Source: Enoplolaimus lenunculus | Lineage: Eukaryota | Assembly (NCBI GenBank): GCA_030248215.1 | Contig: JASANG010002922.1 | Location: forward strand, 62,001-126,000 | DNA length: 64,000 bases | Direction of reading: 5' to 3' | In this document: piece by piece, positions 49,894-61,466 of the stretch | Numbering within the stretch: position 1 is the first letter of the stretch | How the letters are laid out: every line of letters starts with the position of its first letter | Notes under the pieces: model-generated | The model's database searches: none | Seen by the model: only the letters and a program-made list of their open reading frames with translations | Told to the model about the DNA's origin: nothing | Made by a program: the position numbers and the translations under genes

Positions 49894-50981
49894 ATGGCTG
49901 ATTCCAATAAGAAGTGTCTGGAACCGCAGAGCACAGTGCCGCCTTATACACAAGCGCCTCCACCTTACTACGTTTCTCCGGGTCAAAACATGCCGCCAGC
50001 GTACGGAGGCCAGCCTCAACTGATGTCACCAGGAGTACAACAGCCTCTGGTACAACCAGTATTCATTCAACAACCTGCAGCGACGCCTGCTCAACAAAAC
50101 GTTAACGTTTCTGTTAATACGGGAGCAGTTGCGATGAAAGCACCTCATGAACCGACTTGCTGCAATGTGTTTTGTGCGTTATTGTGCCCGGTAAGTTAAG
50201 TAGACAAGTAGTGTTGAGCATCCCCCGTTTGTTTAGGGATATCACGAAATTTATATGCATGCAACAAATCACAAGATTTCGAAATTTCATCGTGGATAAT
50301 AGAGAACTTGGCTGGTCAGGGTGACAATTTATAACGTTAAAGTGAGTAATTTTAGAATTTGAAGCAGAACCGTTGTTTGAGTAATTTTAGAGTTTGAAGC
50401 AGAACCGTTGTTGTTTTTTATTCATGGATGGGCCAGTAGTGGTAGTGTGTAGCAGGGTGCAACCGATACCGAGGGAGAACCGGAAAAGTAGTCGGATATT
50501 AATAATTTTGTGCTTATCCAGGTTTTTTGTTATGTTTTTTGATACTATACGTGTATCTATTGTTGGTCTTCACCGTATGTTATGGTTCACATGCAATAAG
50601 GTATACAATATACGTACCATACTGTAACCTCTCGGCAAATCCCACCGTGATGAACCTGGGGGGCACCTCTGAAACAGCCGCCTTCCCCAATCGAGCTTGG
50701 CCTAGCGAAATGCCAGCGATGACACGTGAGTTGACAGGCGGCGACGTTACGGATTACTTTAAAATTATTAAAAAGTATAGCGCGACCCTGTCGTTTTCAG
50801 CGAATGTTAAAAAAATATGCTACTTACGTATGTTTTTGATTTATTTCAGCCAATTGGTGTGTGCATGTACAAAGGATGTCCGTGTTGCGATTGTCACGTT
50901 TGTGCTACGCTACTGCTCACTATTCTTGGTTACATTCCTGGATTGATCTTTGCACTTATTGTTATTTGTGGACGTTGGTAA
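49894..50981 (+). CDS. Pmp3/UPF0057-family proteolipid with a Pro/Gln-rich N-terminal extension, ~142 aa. Exons 49894-50190 and 50850-50981
   Basis: Phase-0 intron CCG|GTAAGT...TTTCAG|CCA joins CCNVFCALLCP to PIGVCMYKGCPCCDCHVCATLLLTILGYIPGLIFALIVICGRW*, matching the Pmp3 signature (PP.GV.....C......LLT.LGYIPG.I.A). Confidence 0.88.
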
Positions 50982-53037
50982 TTTTTAAATTGCCTACCGG
51001 TATGAGTGTTGAAATAATCTTGTATCTTGCTTAATGTAATAAGTTTTGTGATCTATCTATCTATCTATGCAAGTTTATCGGCAATGATGGTGTGAGTATG
51101 TGTAACCACGCATTATATATAGTTTCGGGTTGGCTAGAGTAGCTTCACTAGCTAGATCGGAGTATAACTGAGAATGGGAAGGGTAAAAATGAAGTTTGGG
51201 TATGCAAAATGTCAGAAGCTTTCAGAAGCTTTTTAGTTTTAATATTAAGTGCAAGATAAAATGCGTAAGTATATCTTTCGTAGAAGCAAAATGAACGTTC
51301 AGCATAGCATTGTAACAGTTGTAGTTAGAGTTGCAACCGGGTTCGTGTAGTATGCTGGGTAGTCCGTAAAGTTCCGGGTGTGAGGTTTGGATTTGAGAAA
51401 TTCTAAATTAACCGAGACCGCGACTTTTCATGGTCGGTCTCAGTCTCGGTTTTTAACCGAGACCGATCATCCCCGCCGGATTTTGGCATTGTGAAATTCC
51501 GAGTCCTGGTATTTATATTTAAATGTTGCAACTCCGGCTGCAGTGTTACAAGTGATGTTTCGTAGTTATAGTACTTTAATAGAAACAATTTTGGGTGTAA
51601 ATTCTAGTGAAATGACGTGTATTTTTTAGCTTTTAGCGACAAAATTTATGTGCAGCTCTTGGGGTTAGTCAAAAGCGCGGACAATCAAGCTTGTTTGCAA
51701 GATCCTTTAGGATAAGCCGTCTGGGTTCAGTGGTCACATGATTATTTATTTCAGTTTCGTAAGCAAGCCGTTATTTCAAAACCTACCGAAAAGACAACCC
51801 GAATGAATTGCGTCACATTTTAGATTTTTTCGCACAATGTTGTGTTCAAGTAGAAATAGAATACGTACGTATTCACAAAAGATACGGAGTTTTTCTCACG
51901 GTCGAACATCAAGTTATGACAATCGTCTGATGATAGCTACGAGTAGGGTTCAACCGGAAGTTTCGGTTACGGTGGCAGGATTACAAACCGGAACCGGATC
52001 TTTCCGTTTTGCCGTTTCTAGCAACCACCAGTTGGGCCTTACACTGTCACTCATTTGATTATGGTTAACGTTTTTATTGCTGCTTTAACAAAGGTTTGTT
52101 TTCTACACGTCTTATGTTTAATTAACTCGTTTTGTGGCGTGCGAAAATATATACGGTCAGTTTATGTCAAGCTAGCAAAAAGATGGTCATTAAAGCTGGA
52201 TCGGGACTAGTTTAATCGTTAAATATCCGATTAGTACTTATTTTTCTTATTTCTGTGATTTTGACTATTCGAGATTTTGCTATCTCCATTGCAGTGTTTT
52301 TTACGATGGCCGTGGACAGCACAACCTGATAGTTGGAGCGAAAACAATTTTAAGACGGGCATGACGGTGAAATAACAAGGTAACATACTGAACTAAGAGC
52401 CTGTTATACCATATAAATATGGATACTCACACAAAACGGATTTTCGGTTCCGGTTTGTAAGCAGGCAGATTCCTTACGTCGAACCCTGACTGCGAATTAT
52501 ACTCTCGTTTTGCTTATTTTTCCTTGGATTTCTGTTGAAGTACGTAACAGAAATGCTTGCTAGAAAGGTTCTGAGACGAAAATTTTAAAATTTCAGTTAT
52601 AATAGTTATGTATTGTCTGTTTCAAGGTTCAACCGGAATACTTGTTTCGGCCTGAATTCCTGCAAAATTCAATTCCTGTTTATCTTGGTCCTGTTCCAGC
52701 GTTCAAAGATGCAGGAAGCGGATTTTTTTACGGTTTTGTAGCAAATTATTCATAATCATTTAAATATTGGAAGCTTTGTCGTTGAAAAATTGTTATTTGG
52801 AAATGACTGTTTTTGCAATTACTTCAGTTTTGCTTTGAAACTGTTTCTGATGTGTTGTCGCAATACTTGATGACGAATTAGTTGAAAATTTGTTCAAACC
52901 GTTTTTTGGCAAGCTTTCTACAAAGTCCAACAGTAATTTGGTGATGAAAACTATTTCAGCTAAGAAATTCAATTCCTGTTTCTTTTCATACAAATTTTAG
53001 TTTCTGTTGGAACCCTGGATGTTTATATATTGTACAC

Positions 53038-53078
53038 GTTGTTGTTGTTGTTGTTGTTCTTCTTCTTCTTCTTCTTCA
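53038..53078. repeat. Compound (GTT)n(CTT)n microsatellite
   Basis: Direct reading. Confidence 0.9.
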
Positions 53079-54342
53079 GCATCCGCCTTTACAGTTTCCG
53101 CGTAGCTGAATGATCTGTATGTGTTTTATATTAAAAACTGTTGTGTCTGAGGCAGAAACAAAGCATAGTTATGCTATCTTGAAGTGGTACATAATCGTAT
53201 ATACGTATAGCTTGTCTGGCTTCAATAATGGTTAGGTCGTATACGTATATCTCAGATATTTGTTCGTCAGAACTGTTTGTCTTGATTATTCAGGCACGTA
53301 CCGAAAAAAGAATTATTCCTAATTTCTTTCAAAGTTCAACATGAAAGGTTTGAATAAATCTATGAAGTTTTGCACGATGAGTTCAGCTGCTAGGAGTTAC
53401 GTTGCTAACCATTTCAACTGTCGTTCTGGTATAATGCATTCGACGCATATTTCACAATAATTTGCGGACGCCATGTCAATTTTAGGTACTTCTCTGCTAA
53501 ATATTCATTGCGTATACTTTTATCACGTTGCAGGTTTTTAATTATGCGGTTTGAATTTCAAAAAATTAATAGTCTGCAAAGGTGCGATTTAATATGTGCA
53601 ATCGTTAAATTTCGTTGCCTTATATAAATGTTTTGGCCCGTGTTAAATATAAGGGTTGTTTACTGAACATAACCTTAAAATTAAGCTTTTTGGTCTCTAA
53701 GTCCCCGTGTCTTTTAGTCGGCAGGCCTCTATTTATACTTGACAAGGGCCAATGTTTCTTTTGTTCGTATAATAATCTTGCTTGCAATGGCGGATCCAGG
53801 ATTTTTGTAAGAGGTATTTATCTATTCAAAAATTCTTGACAATTTCGAATGAACAATAATTTTGCTGATAATTGATGTTAGTACTAGGACAGACGCTGAT
53901 ACGACAAATTTTGTGCAAGATAAATATATAATAGCAGCTGATGTATCGTGGCAGAAATGATACGTTTTTGTAAGGATCAGCGGTCGGAGAAAACGCAATC
54001 CCACAACTTCAGGATTCGCCCATGATATATTTGTGCCATGACCAAAATGAGCAGTCTTTGCGTTTCAATTAATCTCTGTTTGCTTTGCTTTATATTCATA
54101 TGCTCTAAGTAATCTTTTTGTTTTTGTTTTCTTTTATGATCTTTTTTTATTTTTCTCGATGCAGTGTTGTATTGTATTTGGCGCGTTGCAGTTAAGTTAC
54201 TTACTGTTAGACATCGTTGAAGGAAATATTCGGGTAAACGTGGATAGAAGGGATCGAAATGGACATGTTCTGCGGTCTGTTTCTCGGGTCCGACATTTGG
54301 AATTCTAAAAATTCCTTAAAATTGAAGTTTTTAAGATAAAGC

Positions 54343-54531
54343 GGCCCATGTAAAGATCGGTGGCGGAACGTTTTTTTGTGGGACTAGAAAAGTGTAAGCT
54401 TAAGTTTTAGACTTAGTATTTTGCTTCGCGTAGGCTTAGACTTAGGCTCATTCTTACACTTAGGCGTAGACTTAACCTTAGACTTAGAAATGTGCTTATA
54501 ATGCTGTTCGCCCCTGTTCTTTACATTGGCC
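54343..54531 (-). mobile_element. Telomeric-repeat MITE (family A) with perfect TSD
   Basis: GGCCCATGTAAAGATCGGTGGCGGAAC...TTAGGC variants...CCTGTTCTTTACATTGGCC; 8-bp TSD GATAAAGC at 54335-54342 and 54532-54539. Confidence 0.92.
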
Positions 54532-55212
54532 GATAAAGCAATCATTTCTAATAAATGACGTTTCGCTGAAAAATTCAAAAAATGAAAATTAAGAATACAG
54601 TGTCGTTACTGCTCAGTGGTCCCAAGACCACAACTGAGTGTTTTCGAATTCAGTAAAATCATGAGTCTGTAGCAAATAGCGATGTAATTTAAGAATTAAA
54701 ATTTTAAACTTATACTCTTGAGAACGAATTTTGGCGGATAATCTTTAAAATAAAAATATTCATTTAATGACTGATTTAGGATTTTTCGGTGAAGCAGATG
54801 ATAAGCTTTGTGCTCTATTGAATTTTACAATTTTTAAGTGCACTTTTAGTAAATGTTTTTTGTTTGAAGATGGACCAATTGCGACGTAGGCGGAAAAAGT
54901 TTTGAATTTGGGTTATAATCTCGCCATATGTTTTAACATGTGAGTGTTTGATGAACCACCTGAATCGCAAAATTTTCAGCACAACCAACGCCAGTGGCGT
55001 ATATGCATCAATTCTCCCAGGTTTGGTACTTACAACCGGCGGTCGCCTCTGGCTGAGAAAGAAAATGAAGGTTCGGTGTTGCTTTTTCCTCCCTAGGAAT
55101 TTCGACCCACGGAAAGATTACAAGCTTGGTATTCCCCTCACAGAAAAATCACACAAGCTTGTTTTAGTCATAGTTTGACATAAACTTGTGTGTTTCTCAC
55201 TAAAATTGGCCA

Positions 55213-56076
55213 ATGTTACTCTGAGGGGCGTCTCGTTTTCCTGCGGGACAGCAACAAGCCAGCACTGCCCATATATTTGTGCTGGGACGGAAGGACAGCT
55301 TCGAGCCTGTGTTTTTGCAGGGTCGGGCGGGACAGCCAAGACAGTGTCGAGACTATGTTTTTGCTGAGTAGGCTAGATAGCCGAGGCGGCTTAGAGCGCG
55401 TGTTTTCGTTAGGTGGGAGAGCTTGGCGTGTGTATCCGTAAATTGCCTAGGCTGTGGGGAGGTGGAGGGGTACAACCCCTTTGATAACACATTGCCTAGG
55501 CTGTGGAGGGGTACAACCCCTTTGATAACACAATAAAAGACACCATCCTCTACATAGACCTCTTTTAAAATTACGTTCTCAGGGGGGGGGGGTGCCGCCG
55601 CCCCCCAAGCCCCCTGTAATAAGCGGTTCTCACACTTAAGCTATAAAAACAGTCAAAAATTTTGTTTAAACGAAGAATAATTGCTTTGTGTGGGAGTTTG
55701 GAGTCGACAGCGCCTTGAAAACGCAATAAAAGAAAATGTTTTTGTATCAGTGTTCTATACATGGGCCCGGTCCACGATGTCCCGGCTGTTGCTACCGACC
55801 CAGCAAATATATTGGTTTGGAGCTGTCCTAGCTGTCCCAATCTGCCCAGCAAAAATATAGGCTCGAAGCCGTCCCGGCTGTCCCTACCGACCAAACAAAA
55901 ACATTGGTTCGAAGCTGTTCCGGCTGCCCGGCCAACCCAGCAAAAATACGGGCTCAAAGCTGTCCCGACCAACCTAGAACAAACAGGTTTGCAGCTGTCC
56001 CGACCAACGCAGCAAAAATATTTCACTCCGGGTATATTGTCGCGTGGGTCAATGTGACGCCCCTCACAGTAACATG
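55213..56076. mobile_element. TIR element with inverted arrays of ~42-bp subrepeats
   Basis: ATGTTACTCTGAGGGGCGTC / GACGCCCCTCACAGTAACAT; GGGACAGC repeats on the left arm and GCTGTCCC repeats on the right arm. Confidence 0.75.
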
Positions 56077-56880
56077 AGCCCTAAAATTTGTAATACTCAG
56101 CGCTTCCAGTTTTGTTTCACTTTCTAACAAAATGAGACTGGCTACATCAATGATTAACCATGTGGTTAACGATGGATTATCCACCGCATATAGGCAAAAC
56201 AGCAGAAAGATATTTGTGAAACAATTTGTAGAACAAATTTTTAATTATGTCAAATCTCAATGAAGTGCCAACATCCAACAAGTCAGTCCCGATGGATTCA
56301 GCAAAGCAAAAGCAGGACTGCATCCTAGTCTGGTCAAGTCCGCGTGGCATCACATCGCATTGGGTGAAATGCTCACCGTCCCCAGGTATGTGAAGTACTT
56401 ACAGTTCGTAGTTAAACCAGAGTAGCCGGATTTCCCTGTCTTACCTGGATTCTCATAATAAAAGTGTATGCGTTAAATAATTTCAGTTCCATGGCGTAAA
56501 GGGATCCCCACCAGCTTTAAATTGATCTCACCGGCACCCGTTGAGGATGGCATTTGCCATCATTCCTTAGCTAAAAGACTGATGCTCGAACCCCAAGGGC
56601 GTCTCACGTCTTGTGGAGAATTTTTACTTCCAAAATATACGCTTTTAGTATATAATTGTTAAACGCTGCGGGGGCTCGAAGTTTATACAAATTTCGTACC
56701 ATGCATTACGCGTTGCAGTTGTTCAACACTGCGCTTACTTCCGTATAGATAGACACTGCGCTGAGTTATTCATAGTCAACTATGCATGAGAAGGGGTTAA
56801 AATACCGCGTACAATCTGGATGTCCGACTTCGAATTACTGCAATATCGTGTTAACTTGAGCAAAAGCCAGCGCTACTAAA

Positions 56881-57210
56881 CAGGGTAAAACCGGAGATCT
56901 GCCTCCGCGGCTCCTGCAAAAAATCGGCCTCCGCTTCCCGCTCCGGTACAATTTTTAAAATTTTGCATAATTTTGCAAAGTTTATATGTTTAGCGCGTTT
57001 CGTGTTACTTTTGTCAATTTTAAGCAAGAATTGCCGAAATTGCGCCGAAAATTAGCGTTAAACCAGACAACTTAACAACATATATTGCAGATATTGGCCA
57101 AAATTATCTAATTAACCATCATTTTTACTACCTAATTTTCTATCACCTCCGTCTTCGGCAAGTTTCGCTGACCTCCGGCTCCGGTATTTTTCACCTCCGT
57201 TTGCACCCTG
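56881..57210. mobile_element. hAT-like MITE
   Basis: CAGGGTAAAACCGGAG...CTCCGTTTGCACCCTG; TSD CTACTAAA/CTACTAAC (7/8); inverted relatives at ~34425-34720 and ~35020-35361. Confidence 0.8.
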
Positions 57211-57389
57211 CTACTAACTGAAGTTTGTCTTCTTCAGTTATCTTGCATAACGATGCACAACAAAAGTACAATAGTTGGTATGGCATAAGCATCACAAAAG
57301 TTTTATTTTTCAAAAATTATAGGTATTTATTATGGCAATCCACAACTAATAATCCATCACTTTAGACGTCAATGTCTCAAGGTGAAATC

Positions 57390-60300
57390 CTACCGCTTCC
57401 AAGGAATAGGTTTTTTACCCCGCCCTCGACGTCGTGGTACCCGTGTGGTCAAATTTGTTGGACTTGAATTGGTTCGTTTTGGTCGTTCCCTAGACGCGTT
57501 TGTTGTACTTCGTGCCCGCGGAGGAGTCGGGCTGGTCGCTGTTTCGCGCAGCGCTGGTCGACTGCTACCAGCACTGCGATCGCGGGTTTCGCCGGACTTT
57601 CGGCTGCGATCACGTGATCTCTCACGTGATCGCTGGCGTGATCGATCAATTGATCGCGTATCGTCATCATCGTGGTCGCTCGAACAGCTCGAGTTCTGTG
57701 ATTGATGACGTTGCCGATTACGTGATCGATCGTCTTCAGCGCTTCGCGGTCGTTGTTGATCATTGGATCGACGACTTCGGCGACGATGACGATGCGACGA
57801 GTTTTGTCGATCACGTGATGACTCAGCGCTGCGTGATCGTCCGCGTGACGATCGACGTTTGCTGTGTTTACGTCGTTTGCGATCACGTGATTCGTTGTCG
57901 TCGTCGTTGTCGTTGCTGTGTTTATTGTTGTGTTTGTTGTCGGTCGTTACGTTTTCCATTGCCGTTCGCGTTCGACGACTGTGCGGCGTCGGTGAGAACA
58001 GTTTGACGTGAAGCACTGTGCTGGTTGATTCCGTAGGTGGACTTCGATCTCTTGGAGGTTTCGCAGATGGTACTCGTGGTGCAGGCGGTGGCGAATTGAC
58101 AATTTTGTAGCGATCTTTCGCTTGTTCTGACCAGTATGTTGCGTAGTCATCGGTGTCGTCGTTAGTGTCGTAGTTTGAGTCTCGTTTTTCCCACGGCATC
58201 AATTTTCGACGCAAATAATTCAATCGACCACCTTTGTATTTGTACGCTGGTTCAGAGATTGGTTTTTTGTTCGGATTGCTCGCACGATATTTCATATCGA
58301 AATGACGTTGCATTTCTTTGCATGTCCGTTGATGAATTTCAACTCGTGACGCGTCGGAAAATGTTCGACCACAAAATTCACACGGCACTTGAGCTTCTTG
58401 ACTCGCTTTCCATAGGATTTCGTTCACTTTGTCCGGATCAAGCGTGTCAGAATCTGAAAAAAACGATTGAAAATAAGTTGGTACGGAAAAGTTTATGGGT
58501 GCGGTTTAAGGTCATCCAGAACTTTGACACTTTTATCGTCCCAGACGGCTGCTTCTGGCAGAAAATCGACCCACAGCTCAAATCTTTTAAAATGTTTGTC
58601 AAGTGCAATTAATCTGTATGATTCATGCGTTGCGTAATTGAATTCGCTAAATATGTGCGTTCAAATCTGCGAATGAAATGAACATTTCAAAAGAAGGACT
58701 AAATGACTGGGTTGCAGAGATATGACAAATTTCAATGTTGACTTAAAAGTCAATATTTCAACCTTTTACCGGCATCTTCGCTGCCGTACTGTCCCTTCAT
58801 TCAACGAAGTCAAGTCCTATCATGGAACTGGAGTGATTATTTTTTGCTCGTTCACTTGCTGTGCAAGTTGGACTGTCCTCAAAATATTGCAACATGGGCA
58901 AAATTTATAGCTACTAACATTTATGCTTTGTTTATTTTCAAAACACACAGATGTAATAAATATATATGAGGCCTTGAACGACAACTAACAGAATATGGAA
59001 AAATACAATTTATCTCACATTCTACCAGAGCCGCAGAGCAGTTTTTTAACTCAGAGGCTATGGTTAGGCGTTTTGGTTGTTGCTCAATCTTAAAACAATC
59101 TCAATCTAAAGCCATATTCCACACGTGCACTTGCAAGTTTTGTTCAAAATCCCGTTCGAAAAACTTGCAGCTGCAAATAATTCATTAAAAATCAAAGCTG
59201 GGAATTTAGTTCACATGTGTGAATAATCATGCAAGTTCGCTGCATTTATTGCAGCCGCTTTCTCATTGGCTGATGAAAAAATGCAAGTTTTGCGTGTAAT
59301 TTGCAGCTACCAGTTCTCGCAGCAAACACTTGCACGTGTGAATAGGGCTTAATAGTATCTTTTAGGAATCATGGCAAATATAAATCGCTATTTTAAACGC
59401 TGTTTTTATTGATAATTCATTTGTTTGCGTAAAATACTTTGTTCAAGGATCGTTGGTTTTCGAGGAGTCGATGGCCGATGCTTCGGTGACATTTTTTCGA
59501 CTTCCTTTCGCCATTTTTTCAAACATTGCGGTTCGTGCTGCTTGATGCCTTTCCGACCGAACGGCCGACTGCAAATGTAACAGATGACTTGTGGTGGCAG
59601 CGATACATACTCTGACTCTGAACCGTTGCTGCTTTTGACAGTCTGAAAAATATAGTAATGCTTTGGGCGCCGGCTACCAGTATGACTTTGGACCCATGTT
59701 ACGCTAAAGGCCGTCCCATTGTCACGGGACAGCAATAACCAGGAGTGTACACATATGCGCTCCGGTTTATATATGAACAACCATGAATGATCTCTACATA
59801 TCCATCCTGATCCCGTATGGACGATCCACCTTTAGTGTGGAGAATCCTTTAATTTTTGGATTCAGGCAATTCACACGGGATAGACTCTGACCTTAAACTG
59901 TTTCTGCTTTTTGCAGTCTGCGAAATATAGTCTCGCTTTGGGCAGCGCTTATCAGTGTGACTTTTGAGCAAAAACGTATAATAGGATGACAGTAGCACTA
60001 GCAATTGATATTGGCTAGGTTTGCGAAACCCTACTCAAGTATGGTATTTGGACCAATGTAAAAAACAGGGGCGGAACAGTATTTTAAGCATATTCCTAAG
60101 CCTAAGCCAAAGTCTAAGCCTAAGCCAAGCAAAAAATTAGTCTAAAGCTTAAGTTTACGCTTTTCTGGTGCCGTTGAAAAACGTTCCATTCCTGATCTTT
60201 ACATAGTCGAGTATTTGGTGTAGAATTACTTAATCATTTTATCGTTTCTAAAATAGTACCTATACTTAACAAAGTTCTTAAACTTATTTGCTTGTATTTA

Positions 60301-61466
60301 ATGTATGAAGGATTTAGAACTGTTGATATCCTCTGCCTTAATTAATCTGAGATGGTACACTTACGGTATCTCCTTAATGCGGAATTCACATTATAACCAG
60401 CACAGGTGGGACACGGTTTGTCCCATGTTGATTCAACGTCAACGTTAAAATTCGGGCTTTTATATCGGGTCAACAGACAAAACTCGAATATCATATGACA
60501 TTAGCTAACAAACCACCGCTCTCAAATGATCAAAATGTACAAGAGACAGTATGTCACGTGATACTGTGGGACATTTATGCGAATATCATATGATATTTCA
60601 AAATTTCTACGAATATCATATAATATTCAGTGAGACAGTGTAAGCTTTGGGTGATGATAATTGAATGGAAAGGTGAGCGGCAGAGGCACAGATGTACTTA
60701 AATACTAAATACACGCCTGCAAAACGTATCCGACACAATATCGCTTAAAACCACAGCTTCATAATTCAAAAATTCAAATTTCACATTCTAGTATCATATG
60801 GTATTCAACATTACAATTTGTGTATGTTACCTCAAGTATTCTGACATTTGAAAATATATCCTATGATATTCGCAGACAATAACTCGAATATCATATGATA
60901 TCGAAGAACAAAAGGTGACCTACAGATGATAGCAGATTACTACAAATTTTTGAACACGATACGGCGTCTACAAGCAGATAAAATATTGCACAATAGTCTA
61001 ACAGGGACAAAACGTGTCCCAAGCTGCCCCGGTTATAACGTGAACCCCGAATAACGTAATGCAAAACAAGCTTTTTTGATAGAGCAATAAGTAGGTGGGG
61101 TACCGGTAATGGTTCAAAATTTCCATTTTCTTTGTCTTTGTTCAAGACTTGATATTTTTGCTTAAGTCGCTGTGAAGTTATAGAAACCCAGCCAATGTTG
61201 TTACAAACGTACCTATTTAGCTGCTAACGATTTAATGGAAAATTATCTGTTAGTATCGTTAATCACGTATGATGAGCTGCGTTTGTTGCCGAAAAACGTA
61301 TGCACATGCAACGAATTCAGACAAACAAATTAAAGCATAGCAAAAAAATTAGTCTAAAGCCTAAAGCTTACTCTTTTCTAGTCCCACAGAAAAACGTCCC
61401 GCAACTGATCTTTACGCGAGCCGAAAATTAAAAACAAAACTAACTTACCGGGTTTTTAACTGGCAT
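57390..61466 (-). CDS. ZNF474-like C2HC zinc-finger protein with an Arg/Ser/Asp-rich tail, ~428 aa. Exons 61466-61449, 59642-59438, 58453-57390
   Basis: Phase-consistent splicing. Fingers CYICSRPFGRKGIKQHEPQCLKKW and PCEFCGRTFSDASRVEIHQRTC, with linker VNEILWKASQEAQV, follow the recalled ZNF474 paired-finger pattern. The 18-nt first coding exon (MPVKNP|GTAAGT) is tentative. Confidence 0.82.
60051..60209 (+). mobile_element. Telomeric-repeat MITE (family A)
   Basis: GACCAATGTAAAAAACAGGGGCGGAAC...(GCCTAA)n...CCTGATCTTTACATAGTCG; TSD GGTATTTG/AGTATTTG (7/8). Confidence 0.88.
60485..60903. repeat. Cluster of ~6 copies of the palindrome GAATATCATATGATATTC
   Basis: Copies near 60486, 60581, 60611, 60791, 60856 and 60886. 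Confidence 0.75.

Noticed and set aside
55571..56057. 151-aa and 98-aa repetitive ORFs as a transposase
   Set aside because: They derive from 42-bp subterminal repeats and have no DDE or DNA-binding motifs.
57382..58006. Overlapping ORFs of 107-168 aa on both strands
   Set aside because: They are shadows of the low-complexity, palindrome-rich coding exon of the ZNF474-like gene.
60485..60903. Spaced palindromic repeats as a CRISPR-like array
   Set aside because: Spacing is irregular (~12-160 bp) and the repeats are short and degenerate.
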